Notes under the pieces: model-generated
The model's database searches: none
The model's input: only the letters and a program-made list of their open reading frames with translations
Told to the model about the DNA's origin: nothing
Source of the DNA: Pecten maximus
Taxonomy: Eukaryota
Assembly: GCF_902652985.1 (NCBI RefSeq)
Contig: NC_047022.1
Span: 38,254,001-38,318,000 of the forward strand
DNA length: 64,000 nt
Direction: 5' to 3'
Shown: piece by piece, positions 27,834-39,122 of the stretch
Layout: every line of letters begins with the position of its first letter
How positions within the stretch are numbered: position 1 is the stretch's first letter
Position numbers and translations under genes: made by a program

Positions 27834-29190
27834 TTATATTTCAGTTTCCGCATCGTCTACCAGTTCATAATCAAGAAGGTGAGCAAACAGCGACGACTCG
27901 CGATCATTCGAAAACCGAGCGTATATTTTCGCCGTGCATGGTGTACTTCCGGTGTTGATGTTTCCCTCAAATGTGTATGCAAGCTTCCGTTTTAGGTGGT
28001 GCCAGATTTCTCCGATGACCAGGAACACCTCTACCGCCTTTGGTACGTCCACTCGGAACGTATAACGCTTGTGCGTCATCAGGTCACCTGACACTGGTTC
28101 ATGTAAGGTGCAACGCTGCCAGCGATGGAACGTTTTAGGGAATACATTAACGGCTGGATTTGGTTCTTGGCAGATGATTAAGTACCGGTAAGCACAGTCA
28201 AGAGTCTGAGCCTCGTTCTCGCCGTCTGCGGCATAGAGCGAGAAGATATAGAATCCTTCCTTCGGACACCTGACCATATAATTGGCCAGAGCGTCCGTCC
28301 GTGACCTTAGGAACACGTAGCGGTCGATGTCCGAAACAGAATTGTCACTGACGTCAAAATATTGAAACGTGTGAGTGAGTTTAATCTTCTCACATAAGCT
28401 GAAGCTGATCTCCATGTTCTCGCCGTTGGAGACGATCAATGGATCGAGCTGGTTTTCCTCTTTGATCCCCAGCCTCTCTATCACGGGAGTCGGGCCATAA
28501 AACGGGACTGGGGGATAGGTAGGTGAGGCCACACCTAAAATTTGTTTACAGTTCACTAAGAACGAGCATGCGCTCTCAAGACACTCCGATTGCCAGTAAT
28601 CTCCAGTGTATACGGAAAACTGGTACAGACCAGTTTTGGGTAAGTTTATGGTAAATATTGCCTCATTCTTAACCAGCCGAAGTAAAGTCCGACCTTCAAT
28701 AGATTTTGAACTATCACCAGATTTGTCGTAGGGCTCCAATAACGAGCCGAATCCCAGGATTTTCGGCGTTATCACTCGAATCTCAACCATTCCAGTGTCC
28801 GTATTCAATGAAGCACCGTAATTGGAATAGAACTTTAATCCATAGTTAAAAAATGGCGACTTCACAACTGGCAGATTTTGAAATTCAGAGAATGGCAGAG
28901 GAATGTCCATCAACTGCCACGCTGAGTCGTCTGGATAGTGCTGGTAGATGTAGTCCTCGGGGTCCGTCAGGAAATAAAACTCATCGTACTTATGAAACAT
29001 CTGGGGCAGGTCGTCCTTGTGACCAGTCACATGACGTGCTGCCCACGTGCAGTTGACAATTCGCCAGTTTCCATCGATGGCAATAGCTGTCCACGAGTTT
29101 CTGAAAGCCGCACCTTCAATGCGCATGCCTGGTTTGTAGCCAGCACCCTTGGAAAACCCCAGTATAATCTCACAGTGCAGTCCGGCAAAG
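27834..29190 (-). CDS. Hil: Hillarin-like gene 1, terminal exon (transglutaminase-like core and C-terminal KY-type beta-rich repeats)
   Basis: Acceptor cccatttcag|C; FAGLHCEIILGFSKGAGYKPG...RNSWTAIAIDGNWRIVNCTW...YDEFYFLTDPEDYIYQHYP are KY/hillarin/Cyk3-family motifs; stop at 27834. The ORF-track N-terminus (29191-29342) is intronic. Confidence 0.93.
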
Positions 29191-29384
29191 CTGAAATGGG
29201 ATAAATATTTGTAATTGTTTGAAGAACATCGAGTAATAAAGCAATTGGTAACACGATCATGAGACACGAGAAGCTTGATTTTTGTGACAAACGCAGTAGA
29301 TGCACCATCACATGACATTCCAAAACAGAGTAACATCTTCATTGAATATTTGGCATTATTCCAAGGGGAAAGAATTATACATAC

Positions 29385-29528
29385 TTGCAGAGCTTCTTGA
29401 AGAGTTGGTGATATGTCTCCTTGCCACTGCGGACGCCCCTCAATATAGAAGCTCTTGCGTTTGGACGGATGATTTCGTGAACATTGTGTTTACCTAGGTC
29501 CTTTGCAATCACCCATCGGAACAGGGCC
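29385..29528 (-). CDS. Hil: Hillarin-like gene 1, exon 7 (start of transglutaminase-like core)
   Basis: Acceptor taattacag|G, donor AA|GTATGT; (R)ALFRWVIAKDLGK...GVRSGKETYHQLFKKLC, phase 2-2. Confidence 0.9.
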
Positions 29529-29644
29529 CTGTAATTAAGTACGAATTATTTAAACAGTTCATCACATTATGTTAAGAAAACTCGGACGTCATTCGCCAAA
29601 GCAAGTAAGGTAAAAATAACGACGGTATCTACAGATGGAGGGGA

Positions 29645-29865
29645 TTGGTTTGGTTTGTTTTTGTTTAACGTCCTATTAACAGCCAGTGTCATTACAGGAC
29701 GTGCCAGGTTTTGGAGGTGGAGGAAAGCCGGAGTACCCGGAGAAAAACCACCGGTCTACGGTCTGTTCCTGGCAACTGCCCCACGTAGGTTTCAAACTCG
29801 CAACCCAGAGGTGGAGGGCTAGTGATAAAGTGTTGGAACACCTTAACCATTCGGCCACCGCGGCC
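29645..29865 (-). mobile_element. Full-length tRNA-derived V-domain SINE with 12-bp TSD
   Basis: Minus strand: A box TGGCCGAATGG, B box GAGTTTGAAACC, core GGTTTTTCTCCGGGTACTCCGGCTTTCCTCC, (CCAAA)n tail; TSD AGATGGAGGGGA at 29633-29644 and 29866-29877. Confidence 0.88.
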
Positions 29866-30690
29866 AGATGGAGGGGAAACACAGCACCACAGATGGAGGG
29901 GGAAAACAGCACCACAGATCGAGGGAAAAACAGAACCACAGATGGAGGGGAAACAGCACCATAGATCGAGGGGAAACAGCACCACATATGGCGGGGAAAC
30001 ACAGCACCATAGATCGAGGGGAAACAGCACCACAGATCGAGGGAAAAACAGCACCACAGATCGAGGGGGAAAAACAGCACCACCACAGATCGAGGGGGAA
30101 AACAGCACCACCACAGATCGAGGGAAATACAGCACCACAGATTGAGGGAAAACACATCACCACAGATGGAGGGGAAAACAGCACCAAAGATCGAGGGGAA
30201 ACAGCACCACAGATGGGGGAGAAACACAGCACCACAGATGGAGGGGAAACACATCACCACAGATGGGGGAGAAACACAGCACCATAGATGGAGGGGAAAC
30301 AGCACCACAGATCGAGGGGAAACACAGCACCACAGATCGAGGGGGGAAAACAGCACCACAGATGGAGGGGAAACACAGCACCACAGATGGGGGAGAAACA
30401 CAGCACCACAGATGGGGGAGAAACACAGCACCACAGATGGGGGAGAAACACATCACCACAGATCGAGGGAAAACAGTACCACAGATCGAGGGAAAAACAG
30501 CACCACAGATCGAGGGAAAAACAGCACCACTGATAGAGGGGAAACACAGCACCACAGACGGAGGGGAAACACAGTAACGTGAATGGGGGAGAAACAGCAC
30601 CAAAGATGGAGAAAATACAGCACCACAGATTGAGGGGAAACAGCACCAAAGATAGAGGAGAAACACAGCAACGCAAATGAAGGGGAGACC
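29866..30690. repeat. ~25-bp purine-rich degenerate minisatellite
   Basis: GGGGAAACACAGCACCACAGATGGA variants; source of the many overlapping ORFs at 29676-30697. Confidence 0.95.
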
Positions 30691-30776
30691 CGAGCAAGGT
30701 CTTTTTACATCACACTTTAAGCCCTACAAATGTGTCACCTAGCTTTGTGGAGTTTCTACAAATCTCTACGATAATA

Positions 30777-31452
30777 ACTAGCATTCTGTGAGTATTGCTA
30801 AACCAATACATGTCCCCTACCGGCGCCTTCAAGTTAAAACTTTAGCCAAATTTGAGTAAAAACGTTTAGTCAAAACTGAAACATGATCATTTTATGAAAA
30901 CAATGTGTAAATTCAACATTATTGGGTTGAATAAACAATGTTTCCTGCCCCTAAAAGATATTCAGGTATTCTTTTGGTATGTCTACTGTACAGAGTAAAA
31001 GAATCTAAAGTGAATTGAAAGTGAAATGTGTAATGTGTAATAACAGCCTTGGATTGAAATATAAACACGATTTTATTCCAAAAGAATCTCATATCAGTGA
31101 ACCATTCAATACATTTAAATGTCAATAAAATACAATTGATGTGCGCTCTTCCTGAAGAGGTAAGTATTATACTTAATTACAGTAAATGATAATGGTTTTT
31201 TAATACAGCAAAAACAGTTAAGTCCATAATATGGCAAAAATTTCAACAACAAAAAAAGAAAATATTTTGTTTCATTTCTAACTGTACAAAAGTAATGTCA
31301 CACACCCAAAGAACCTCTATGCGAAGAATCACCATCCTAATACCATAATAAAGTGAATGGTGTGCCATTATAAAACTTTAACCAAAACTTTAACCGGACG
31401 GACCGACGCAGGTAAAACCTATAGTCCCCCGGTTTCACCGGTAGGGGAATAA
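30777..31452 (-). mobile_element. Non-autonomous Helentron-like element (HINE/DINE-1 type)
   Basis: Subterminal inverted repeat GTCCCCTACCGG (30812) / CCGGTAGGGGAA (31438), terminal hairpin CCCCGGTTTCACCGGTAGGGG, adjacent GGAC microsatellite remnant. Confidence 0.65.
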
Positions 31453-31471
31453 TAACCTAGATATCTGTTAC

Positions 31472-31554
31472 CTGGCTTTCTGAAGTTCGTTTGCACAATC
31501 CCGTGTCAGATCTCTCACTAGTTCTGTAAAACTTCCGTAGTCAGTTTTTGCGAT
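31472..31554 (-). CDS. Hil: Hillarin-like gene 1, exon 6
   Basis: Acceptor gttgtttcag|ATC, donor AG|GTAACA; IAKTDYGSFTELVRDLTRDCANELQKA(R), ends in phase 2. Confidence 0.88.
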
Positions 31555-31909
31555 CTGAAACAACAAATATGTCAACATTTAAAGAGTCTTATCCTGGACG
31601 CCTTCACCAATACATATCTTACGTGATGTCTCAACAACAAAGTGTAGGTTGCCCTCGAACACTTCAAATTACTAATACATGTTGTCAAATGCTCTTTTGT
31701 TCCACAACTTAATTTAAACAGTTATTGTGCGGAAAAACCGCTGTGATAAAAAATGTAGATATTTTCTGGGTGATTATGGCCGAATTACACCTCTTTATAT
31801 GATTGGGCTTTTCATTCGAGACTGTGGAGGTGTAGAAAATGTCATTGGAATGAAGTACAGTACATAACCCTAACAAAATGTTTCAGATCCTTTGTGAATG
31901 TGTGCCTAC

Positions 31910-32041
31910 CTCTATTGCTCTTTTGTCAATGGTCTCGAATTGTGCAGGACTAGAGTACAGTTGTGCTTTCTTGCTTTCAGGGGGAACAACAGCCGGTCTC
32001 ATCGTATGGTCGAAAAGGGCACTGCGGTCCAACACCCTATC
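31910..32041 (-). CDS. Hil: Hillarin-like gene 1, exon 5
   Basis: Not in the ORF track; acceptor gtttttaag|GAT, donor GAG|GTAGGC; 44 codons DRVLDRSALFDHTMRPAVVPPESKKAQLYSSPAQFETIDKRAIE. Confidence 0.88.
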
Positions 32042-32343
32042 CTTAAAAACAACAATCCATCACTGATCAACGTAATCAAGTGTATTAATGAGGTACAAGT
32101 AAATATAACGGATGATCAAAATATCAATCAACAAATAGTTACAGAATATTTCGTATAATTAATACAAATCTACATCATACTTTCTAGGACTCGTCAGTGA
32201 TGGTAATATAAACCTACATGTAAACTCACCACATTTATGATCAACATCTTCATGGTAAATATTACATTTCATTCCGTTTTGATACCATTAATCCCGAACA
32301 CAGAGGACTCATAAGAACCCCTCTGTTTGTTAAGGAGACTTAC

Positions 32344-32517
32344 CTTCTCTGCGATAAGCTGCATCATTTCCATGCCGTGTCGTTCCAACATTTTGGCTGA
32401 CCTCGTTTTCTCCTCCGCGGCGATCTTGTCAATCGTGGTCTTCAACTGTTCCTCGCGGGACTTGTTGAAGTGATCCTCTATCCTCTCTCGCTCCGCCATC
32501 AGGTTCGGGGATTGGCC
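32344..32517 (-). CDS. Hil: Hillarin-like gene 1, exon 4 (coiled-coil)
   Basis: Acceptor ttcctgcag|GGC, donor AAG|GTAAGT; 58 codons GQSPNLMAERERIEDHF...MMQLIAEK. Confidence 0.9.
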
Positions 32518-32839
32518 CTGCAGGAAGTAAAGCAATGTATACTAGTATATATATTGGCTGTCTGTAACTCTGTCTACTGCCAAAGATAAATCTATGATAC
32601 GTTTATACCTGTATAACGCTGATGCAAGAGAAAACATACAAAAAAGAATAAGTTTTACCAGGCTTTTACTAGCAAAGAGTGTCTATAACGAACGGATTAT
32701 AACGGGCTAGTGACGAATATAGCTCAGACTACAGGAGACGCACTTTGCTTTGTCAATTGGCAAATTATCCGAACATCATCACAACGCCACCGAAATCATT
32801 AATCACTTACATGTAACGTCATATAATATGCATTTGTTA

Positions 32840-34240
32840 AAGTTCAAGTTCAAGTTCTTTATTTCCTTGAGCCTTACGGCTCATCGGTTCAACAAATATA
32901 TACATGTACAGAAATGATACAATACAAAAACCACACACTCGCATACACACACTCACACACAACCGGACTAACACATACATTGTACAACAGGTAGAGTGTA
33001 GAAGGACATTTTTTTTTTATACTAATAAAAAATCTGTTCTTTGTTTATTACTGTATTTAATATATTTTGCTAAATTTGAAAGATCTTTTTTGTTTACTGT
33101 TTCTAGAAGTTGAATAAATTTGTACATACTAGGTTTATTATAATAATATTTCTTAATAAAACGTTTTCTTAGGTCTAAATGAAATACACATTTAATAATA
33201 AAATGAAATTCATCTTCAATGTCTCCACTGTTACAATAGGAACAAATTCTTTGATTTCTTTCTAAGTTATTAAATCTACCAATTTCAATATTTAATTTAT
33301 GTGATGACAATCTAATTCTAGTTATTTCTTTTAAATTAGAAGTACCTATTGGTTTTGATAAATATGGCTGTAAGTAGAACTTTTCACTAATAAACTTGTA
33401 CAGTGAACACTTGGAAGATGAATTGATTTTTTCTTTACATTCTTGTATAAATATATCACATAGTCTGCATTTAACAATATTCATAATATAATCAGCTGTA
33501 TAAATATCCCCATTTTGCCATATATACCCAACACCCATTCTATACAGTTCTTCTTTTACTTCATTCAACCATTCATTCCCGTTTTCTAACATATCTTGAT
33601 AACAAGCATTTAACACACAGTTATTGGTTTGTTTTAATTTCAACCAATATTTAAAAATTCTAAATTTCCTCACTATTACAAAAGGTAATCTCCCTAATTC
33701 TTGGTAAATCATACAATTAGAAGTACTTTTCTTACCCCCAATAATCTTTTTAAAAACTGTAAGTGGATTTTCTCTATATCCGGTGCTTTATGAAAACCCC
33801 AAATTTCAGCCCCATAGTTAAATATACTACCGACGTATGTATCAAAAACATGTAGTTGGGTTTCAACGTTAAAAAAAATTTTCTTTGATACTCCCGAAAT
33901 TGAAAATAATGCTTTTCTTCCTTGTTCAGCAATTTTTTGTTGAGTTTTCTTAAATTTACCATTAAAATTCATTTGTATCCCCAGATAATTAAATTCATCT
34001 ACGGTTTCTAATACACATCCGTCATATAACCACTTTTCTTCTTTTCTTAATTTACCACCGTTTCGGAAAACCATTACTTTAGTTTTGGTAGTGTTTACAG
34101 TAAGGTTCCATTTCTTTGTGTAAAGTAATAAAGTATCTAACATTTTTTGCAGTCCCTCGGGAGTTTCTGCCATTAAAACCATATCATCAGCATACATAAT
34201 TAAAAACAAGTTAATAGTATATAACTCAATAGATGGACAT
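32840..34240 (-). mobile_element. 5'-truncated LINE (CR1/L2-group-like) in intron 3 of gene 1
   Basis: RT motif YADD (ORF 33709-34209), C-terminal CxxC..EDEFHF..C motif (ORF 33017-33712), one frameshift at ~33725, 3' AATAAAG(AACTTG)n tail. Confidence 0.9.
33017..34209 (-). pseudogene. LINE ORF2 fragment (RT C-terminal half plus C-terminal domain), frameshifted
   Basis: Adding one A in GTAAGAAAAGTACT restores VRKSTSNCMIYQELGRLP, collinear with VKKSTNNVTVYWELGRLP of the LINE at 41377. Confidence 0.88.
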
Positions 34241-34299
34241 ATAAAGAGATATTTAAAGCGACATTCCTATGTACACAGCTAACAGGGTAAAGGTCGCAC

Positions 34300-34494
34300 C
34301 TGTAGACGCATCTGGTCGAAGGCCGTCAGAAGTTCCATGGCGGCCACCTCTTTCTCTTGGCCGATACTCTCGTCCAACCGACGTGTCTCCTTCTCACGCT
34401 CCTCCAACAGGAAGCGTTGTAGACGATCCTCTTCCTCGCGATGCCGCTGTTCCAGTGTGGCCTGCGCCGAGAACACTCCAGTGTCGCTGAAGTC
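34300..34494 (-). CDS. Hil: Hillarin-like gene 1, exon 3 (coiled-coil)
   Basis: Acceptor acaatatag|GAC, donor CAG|GTGCGA; 65 codons DFSDTGVFSAQATLEQRHREEEDRL...QMRLQ. Confidence 0.88.
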
Positions 34495-34912
34495 CTATAT
34501 TGTAAACAATATCAATGTTCTGGTGAAAAGGCATTTTTCAAGAATTTTAGATGAATTAATAAATCTTAATTACCCTCAGACACACTTATGTGGTATACCT
34601 TTAATATTTCTTTTTTACTCCAAGCTGTTCGCTTTTTCATTGATTCCCCTAGACGATCGAGTAACAATATTGTTTGTGCTAAGTTGTATATCTTTGTAAC
34701 AGCATCAGACACCACATCAAAGACATAAATATATTGTATATCTTGTCGACGAATCGACCAATTAGATGTGAATGAGGAGAACACCATGAAGACAGTTGAG
34801 TGACCAGAGATTTGTAGGGGAACACACACTGACCGACAGTAAGAAATCAAACCACGAGTGTTGCAATGTAGGTAGCAGCTCAGTTATCCAAGCTTCTGAA
34901 GCGAGTCTTTAC

Positions 34913-35194
34913 CTGAAAGCTCTGAAGAGGTGGTCGAGGACGGTGGTAGCGACTGTTCGACATGCTGCTGTAGTCTAGACTGGTGTTGTGCATGGTCCCA
35001 GACATCCATGTACCGTTCATACTCCGGGGAGTCACACTGACCAGACTAGAATCCGCCGGACTGGTGGCCATCTTAGGTGTCCCCGGACGAGGACTGGACC
35101 GGGGACTGTTTCGAGGGCTATGTGTAGGTCTGGGACTTCCGGATCCGCTTCGAGACGATGGAAGACCCGGCAGTTTTGCCGACTTTCCTGCAAG
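34913..35194 (-). CDS. Hil: Hillarin-like gene 1, exon 2 (Ser/Pro/Arg-rich linker)
   Basis: Acceptor ttgttgttacag|CTT, donor CAG|GTAAAG; 94 codons LAGKSAKLPG...RPPLQSFQ; GC-rich relative to flanks. Confidence 0.8.
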
Positions 35195-36267
35195 CTGTAA
35201 CAACAAGATACTTTATTACCTGCGCTAAATAGAGAGCGAGCATAACAAAAATAAACGTTTCCCACTAACAGCGACTTGTTGGTCGTGATAAATCTCTTAT
35301 TAACAGTGTCATTTTGTATCACCTTTTTATATTACAACGATAACACAAAGGGTTTCAGACAGGATAAGCGCCGTCTACCTAAAACGGCACATGGCGTTCT
35401 ATTTACATTCCTGGTTCCCTCCACCAGTTTAACTGTCCACTATCACACGCGTTAGTATACAAACTCCTTTATAATCATCAGTTATAATGTCAACCACAGT
35501 TACATCGGTCTGTCGTCCTTATCTCTGGCATTGTTTAGATATGATCTTAATATGCGTCCCAACGTCATACCTGTACGCCTACAATCTCGGTCACCTGTGA
35601 CGCTTCACTCGCGTTCCGTGAGTGATTAGCAACGCTGACCCTAACTGACCCAAGCTGACCTTTACCGTAGCCGGGTTACGTGCATACATACAAGTGACAC
35701 ATTGAAGGAAAAAAACAATCTCATAATAGTTACAAAGGAGTAGGATTCGTAAGAGTTTATAAAGCGCTTGACTGATAATGTTACATAACTCCGGGTCATC
35801 CGGCAGTATCTGTCGGGCGGTAAATATTATGCGGATATGATTGTCGTAAATGCTCTCCCCGTGAACATTTACCGAGTTCTAAAATTTTGTCATTATTATA
35901 CGTCTGGTGACAATACAAAAATGCTTGAAATCTTAATTACGTGTTGTGACTAAAACTTTACCCCGATGTTGACAATTAGTAGTGTCTTGATCTATATCTC
36001 TTTAAACACTCTATTATCACTGATGCCGTGTGTTAAACTTTCGTCAATAATTCAACGTTATACATCAACACACCCAAAACAAATGATTTATCTGTGTTTC
36101 TGTAGGTCTGCAGTTTTCAACCTGTTGCTTTTGATCCTGTACGATCAAAGGGTTGGAATGACTCAGTGGTTAAACCTGAAGAAATAGTTCAGTTTTGACA
36201 CAACTTAGTAAATCAATAGTTATATCTTCATAAGTTAATTAAATTAAATATACAAAATGTATATACA

Positions 36268-37152
36268 TACGAGAGTTCCGTGTTTACAGGTACATTACAT
36301 GAGGAGTTCCGTGTTTACATGTACAAAATACGAGGAGTTCCGTGTTTACAGGTACATTACACGAGGAGTTCCGTATTTACAGGTACATTACACGAGGAGT
36401 TCCGTGTTTACAGGTACATTATACGAGGAGTTACGTGTTTACAGGTACATTACACGAGGAGTTCCGTATTTACAGGTACATTACACGAGGAGTTCCGTAT
36501 TTACAGGTACATTATACGAGGAGTTCCGTATTTACATGTACATTATACGGGGAGTTCCGTGTTTACAGGTACATTATACCAGGAGTTCCGTGTTTACAGG
36601 TACATTATACGAGGAGTTCCGTGTTTACAGGTACATTATACGAGGAGTTCCGTGTTTACAGGTACATTATACGAGGAGTTCCGTACATTATACGAGGAGT
36701 TCCGTGTTTACAAGTACATTATACGAGGAGTTCCGTGTTTACAGGTACATTATACGAGGAGTTCCGTGTTTACAGGTACATTATACGAGGAGTTCCGTGT
36801 TTACAGGTACATTATACGCGGAGTTCCGTGTTTACAGGTACATTACACGAGGAGTTCCGTATTTACAGGTACATTATACGAGGAGTTCCGTATTTACAGG
36901 TACATTATACGAGGAGTTCCGTGTTTACAGGTACATTATACGAGGAGTTCCGTATTTACAGGTACATTATACGAGGAGTTCCGTGTTTACAGGTACATTA
37001 TACGAGGAGTTCCGTGTTTACAGGTACATTATACGAGGAATTTCGTGTTTACAGGTACATTATACGAGGAGTTCCGTGTTTACAGGTACGTTATACGAGG
37101 AGTTCCGTGTTTACAGGTACATTATACGAGGAGTTCCGTGTTTACAGGTACA
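36268..37152. repeat. 31-bp minisatellite, ~28 copies
   Basis: TACGAGGAGTTCCGTGTTTACAGGTACATTA; open in all three + frames, giving spurious ORFs. Confidence 0.97.
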
Positions 37153-39122
37153 TGGCAGCAATACCCAATTGACTTAACATCCTTTTAGAAACTGAATTTA
37201 GATGTTTACATCCTTTGGAGTTTAAATCCGACAGTCCAGTTCGTAGGCCCAGGACTATTATAAAAGTAGCTGATGTTTTGAGATCTAGGTTAATTGTTTT
37301 AAACATGAATACAATAATAGCAATCTGAGGTTAACCTATTGCTATAATCGTATCATTTGTACTGGTGATGTGTACTGTCATTACGCTGATTGGAGAATTA
37401 ATCATTGGAGATAAAAGATTATTAAATCATATCGAGGATGTTTTGCAGTGTTTCAACAACCTTCGTTAATCACCAATAGTCTCGAATAGTAGGAACTAAC
37501 GAAAAAGTTATTTCAAATGTGTCGAGAAGACAAAATTGTCTGCTCCCGAATAATGTCCCCGGCCATAACTGTTTCTTATTCCACGACCCTGGCTCACCAG
37601 GTAACCTTGTATCAGATAGAGTTATCAACGTGGAATAGAGTTATTAGTGGCAACTGTCAGATACAGGCTGAAACTGGACAAAGTTGTACTGTACATCACA
37701 GGTCAACGCTAACTCTAAATGTCCGGAGGGGCTGACCAAGGTCAGTCGGAACAATGTCTGTCACTCACCGACCTGTTTGGATATCAAATCACCTGACGCA
37801 TAATGGCTGCATATAACATATACTTATATTAAGTAAACAGTTTTCTTAATGATGGTTATCACTTCCATCTACCCAGCTATTATAAACGTACACCATATTC
37901 CTTCGTATCAGTCAAAGAAATATCTCTGTAGGCTGTAAAGTATAAACAAGTTAACGTGAGACGATTCATTCATCACATATACCCACACACTGCATTCATA
38001 AAATGGCAGCTGTTTGCTGCTGCAACACTGATATAATTCGTCTGGGTAGTGCTCCAATCAATCAATCAATTGAAAGGAATGTTTTAAATTATACATGTAC
38101 ATAGAATTGTCAGCCGTTTGCTTACAAACAAGTAAAGCCTTCGACATTGTGAAAGAGATTTGTCCAGAGACATGATATAAACGTCTCTAGATTCAGTGAT
38201 TTGTCTTAGCCAAACCATTGGTAGAAGTGTTATGTAAAGTACGCACATTTAAAAAGACGCAGCTACAAAGCCGGAAGTAGTAGTTTAAACACGTGACATC
38301 CTCCTTCAAATTAACAAATCTTGTTTACGTCTACCTGTGCCTTGATACATGTCCGTTCGCGCAACAGAATAAAATACCAGTTCAACAACCGTTCATACAC
38401 ATATATATAAATATGTAATTATTGTTCGCTTAATCTCGACACGGTGTTTCCCACGCAACCAAGCTTTCCACTGACCCAGATTGGTTCGCCACAACACTAG
38501 TAGCTATAAATGTATGTATTCCTGAACGCTTCACAGGTAAACATCACTATCTATACATGGCGTTCCTCTCGCGGTGTATATATGTGAATAATTCAGGTCA
38601 TCAGAATGCCTACCTGTGGAGAATGCACACAACACACAACGTGTTGTGTCAGGGAATCATGGCGTCTGTAGTCAATGTTTCCATTTGTCCAGTGTAAACG
38701 TGTACTCGTGCGTCCTCGTAACGTAAGCTATGAACATGTCATACCTTTAAAGCTGTCGTCAGTAGCTGTCTAACATTCCGATACGGATGACTGCTACCGT
38801 TCGTATATATATATACAAACCGCAGACCTGGCGGTAAGGTTAGAAAGTGGGAACTTCGGTTTTGGCACTAGATAACACACAAACCTGATCTGTCCTAATT
38901 AATCGATAACATTTCTGTCTGTTGATGGTTCTTGTGATCAGGTCAAGACAGAATTTGTTTCTAATATAAAAGGGTGGAAAACAGACGTGTATCAGTCTTC
39001 AGGTTGGTCTTTGTTTTGACAATAAATGTGACTTTTCCAGTTTGCCACCTTCTATTCAAAACGCGTGACTTGGCTGTATGTTAAAGTGTTCGTTCACGTG
39101 AGATTCTTGGGCACGATGTTAA

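Noticed and set aside
29191-29342. N-terminal 51 aa of the 502-aa ORF
   Set aside because: Lies within the intron between exons 7 and 8; homology starts at the acceptor at 29190.
29676-30697. Cluster of overlapping ORFs on both strands
   Set aside because: SINE plus low-complexity minisatellite within an intron.
36257-37188. Three overlapping ~300-aa ORFs
   Set aside because: The 31-bp repeat has no + strand stop in any frame, so these are not coding evidence.
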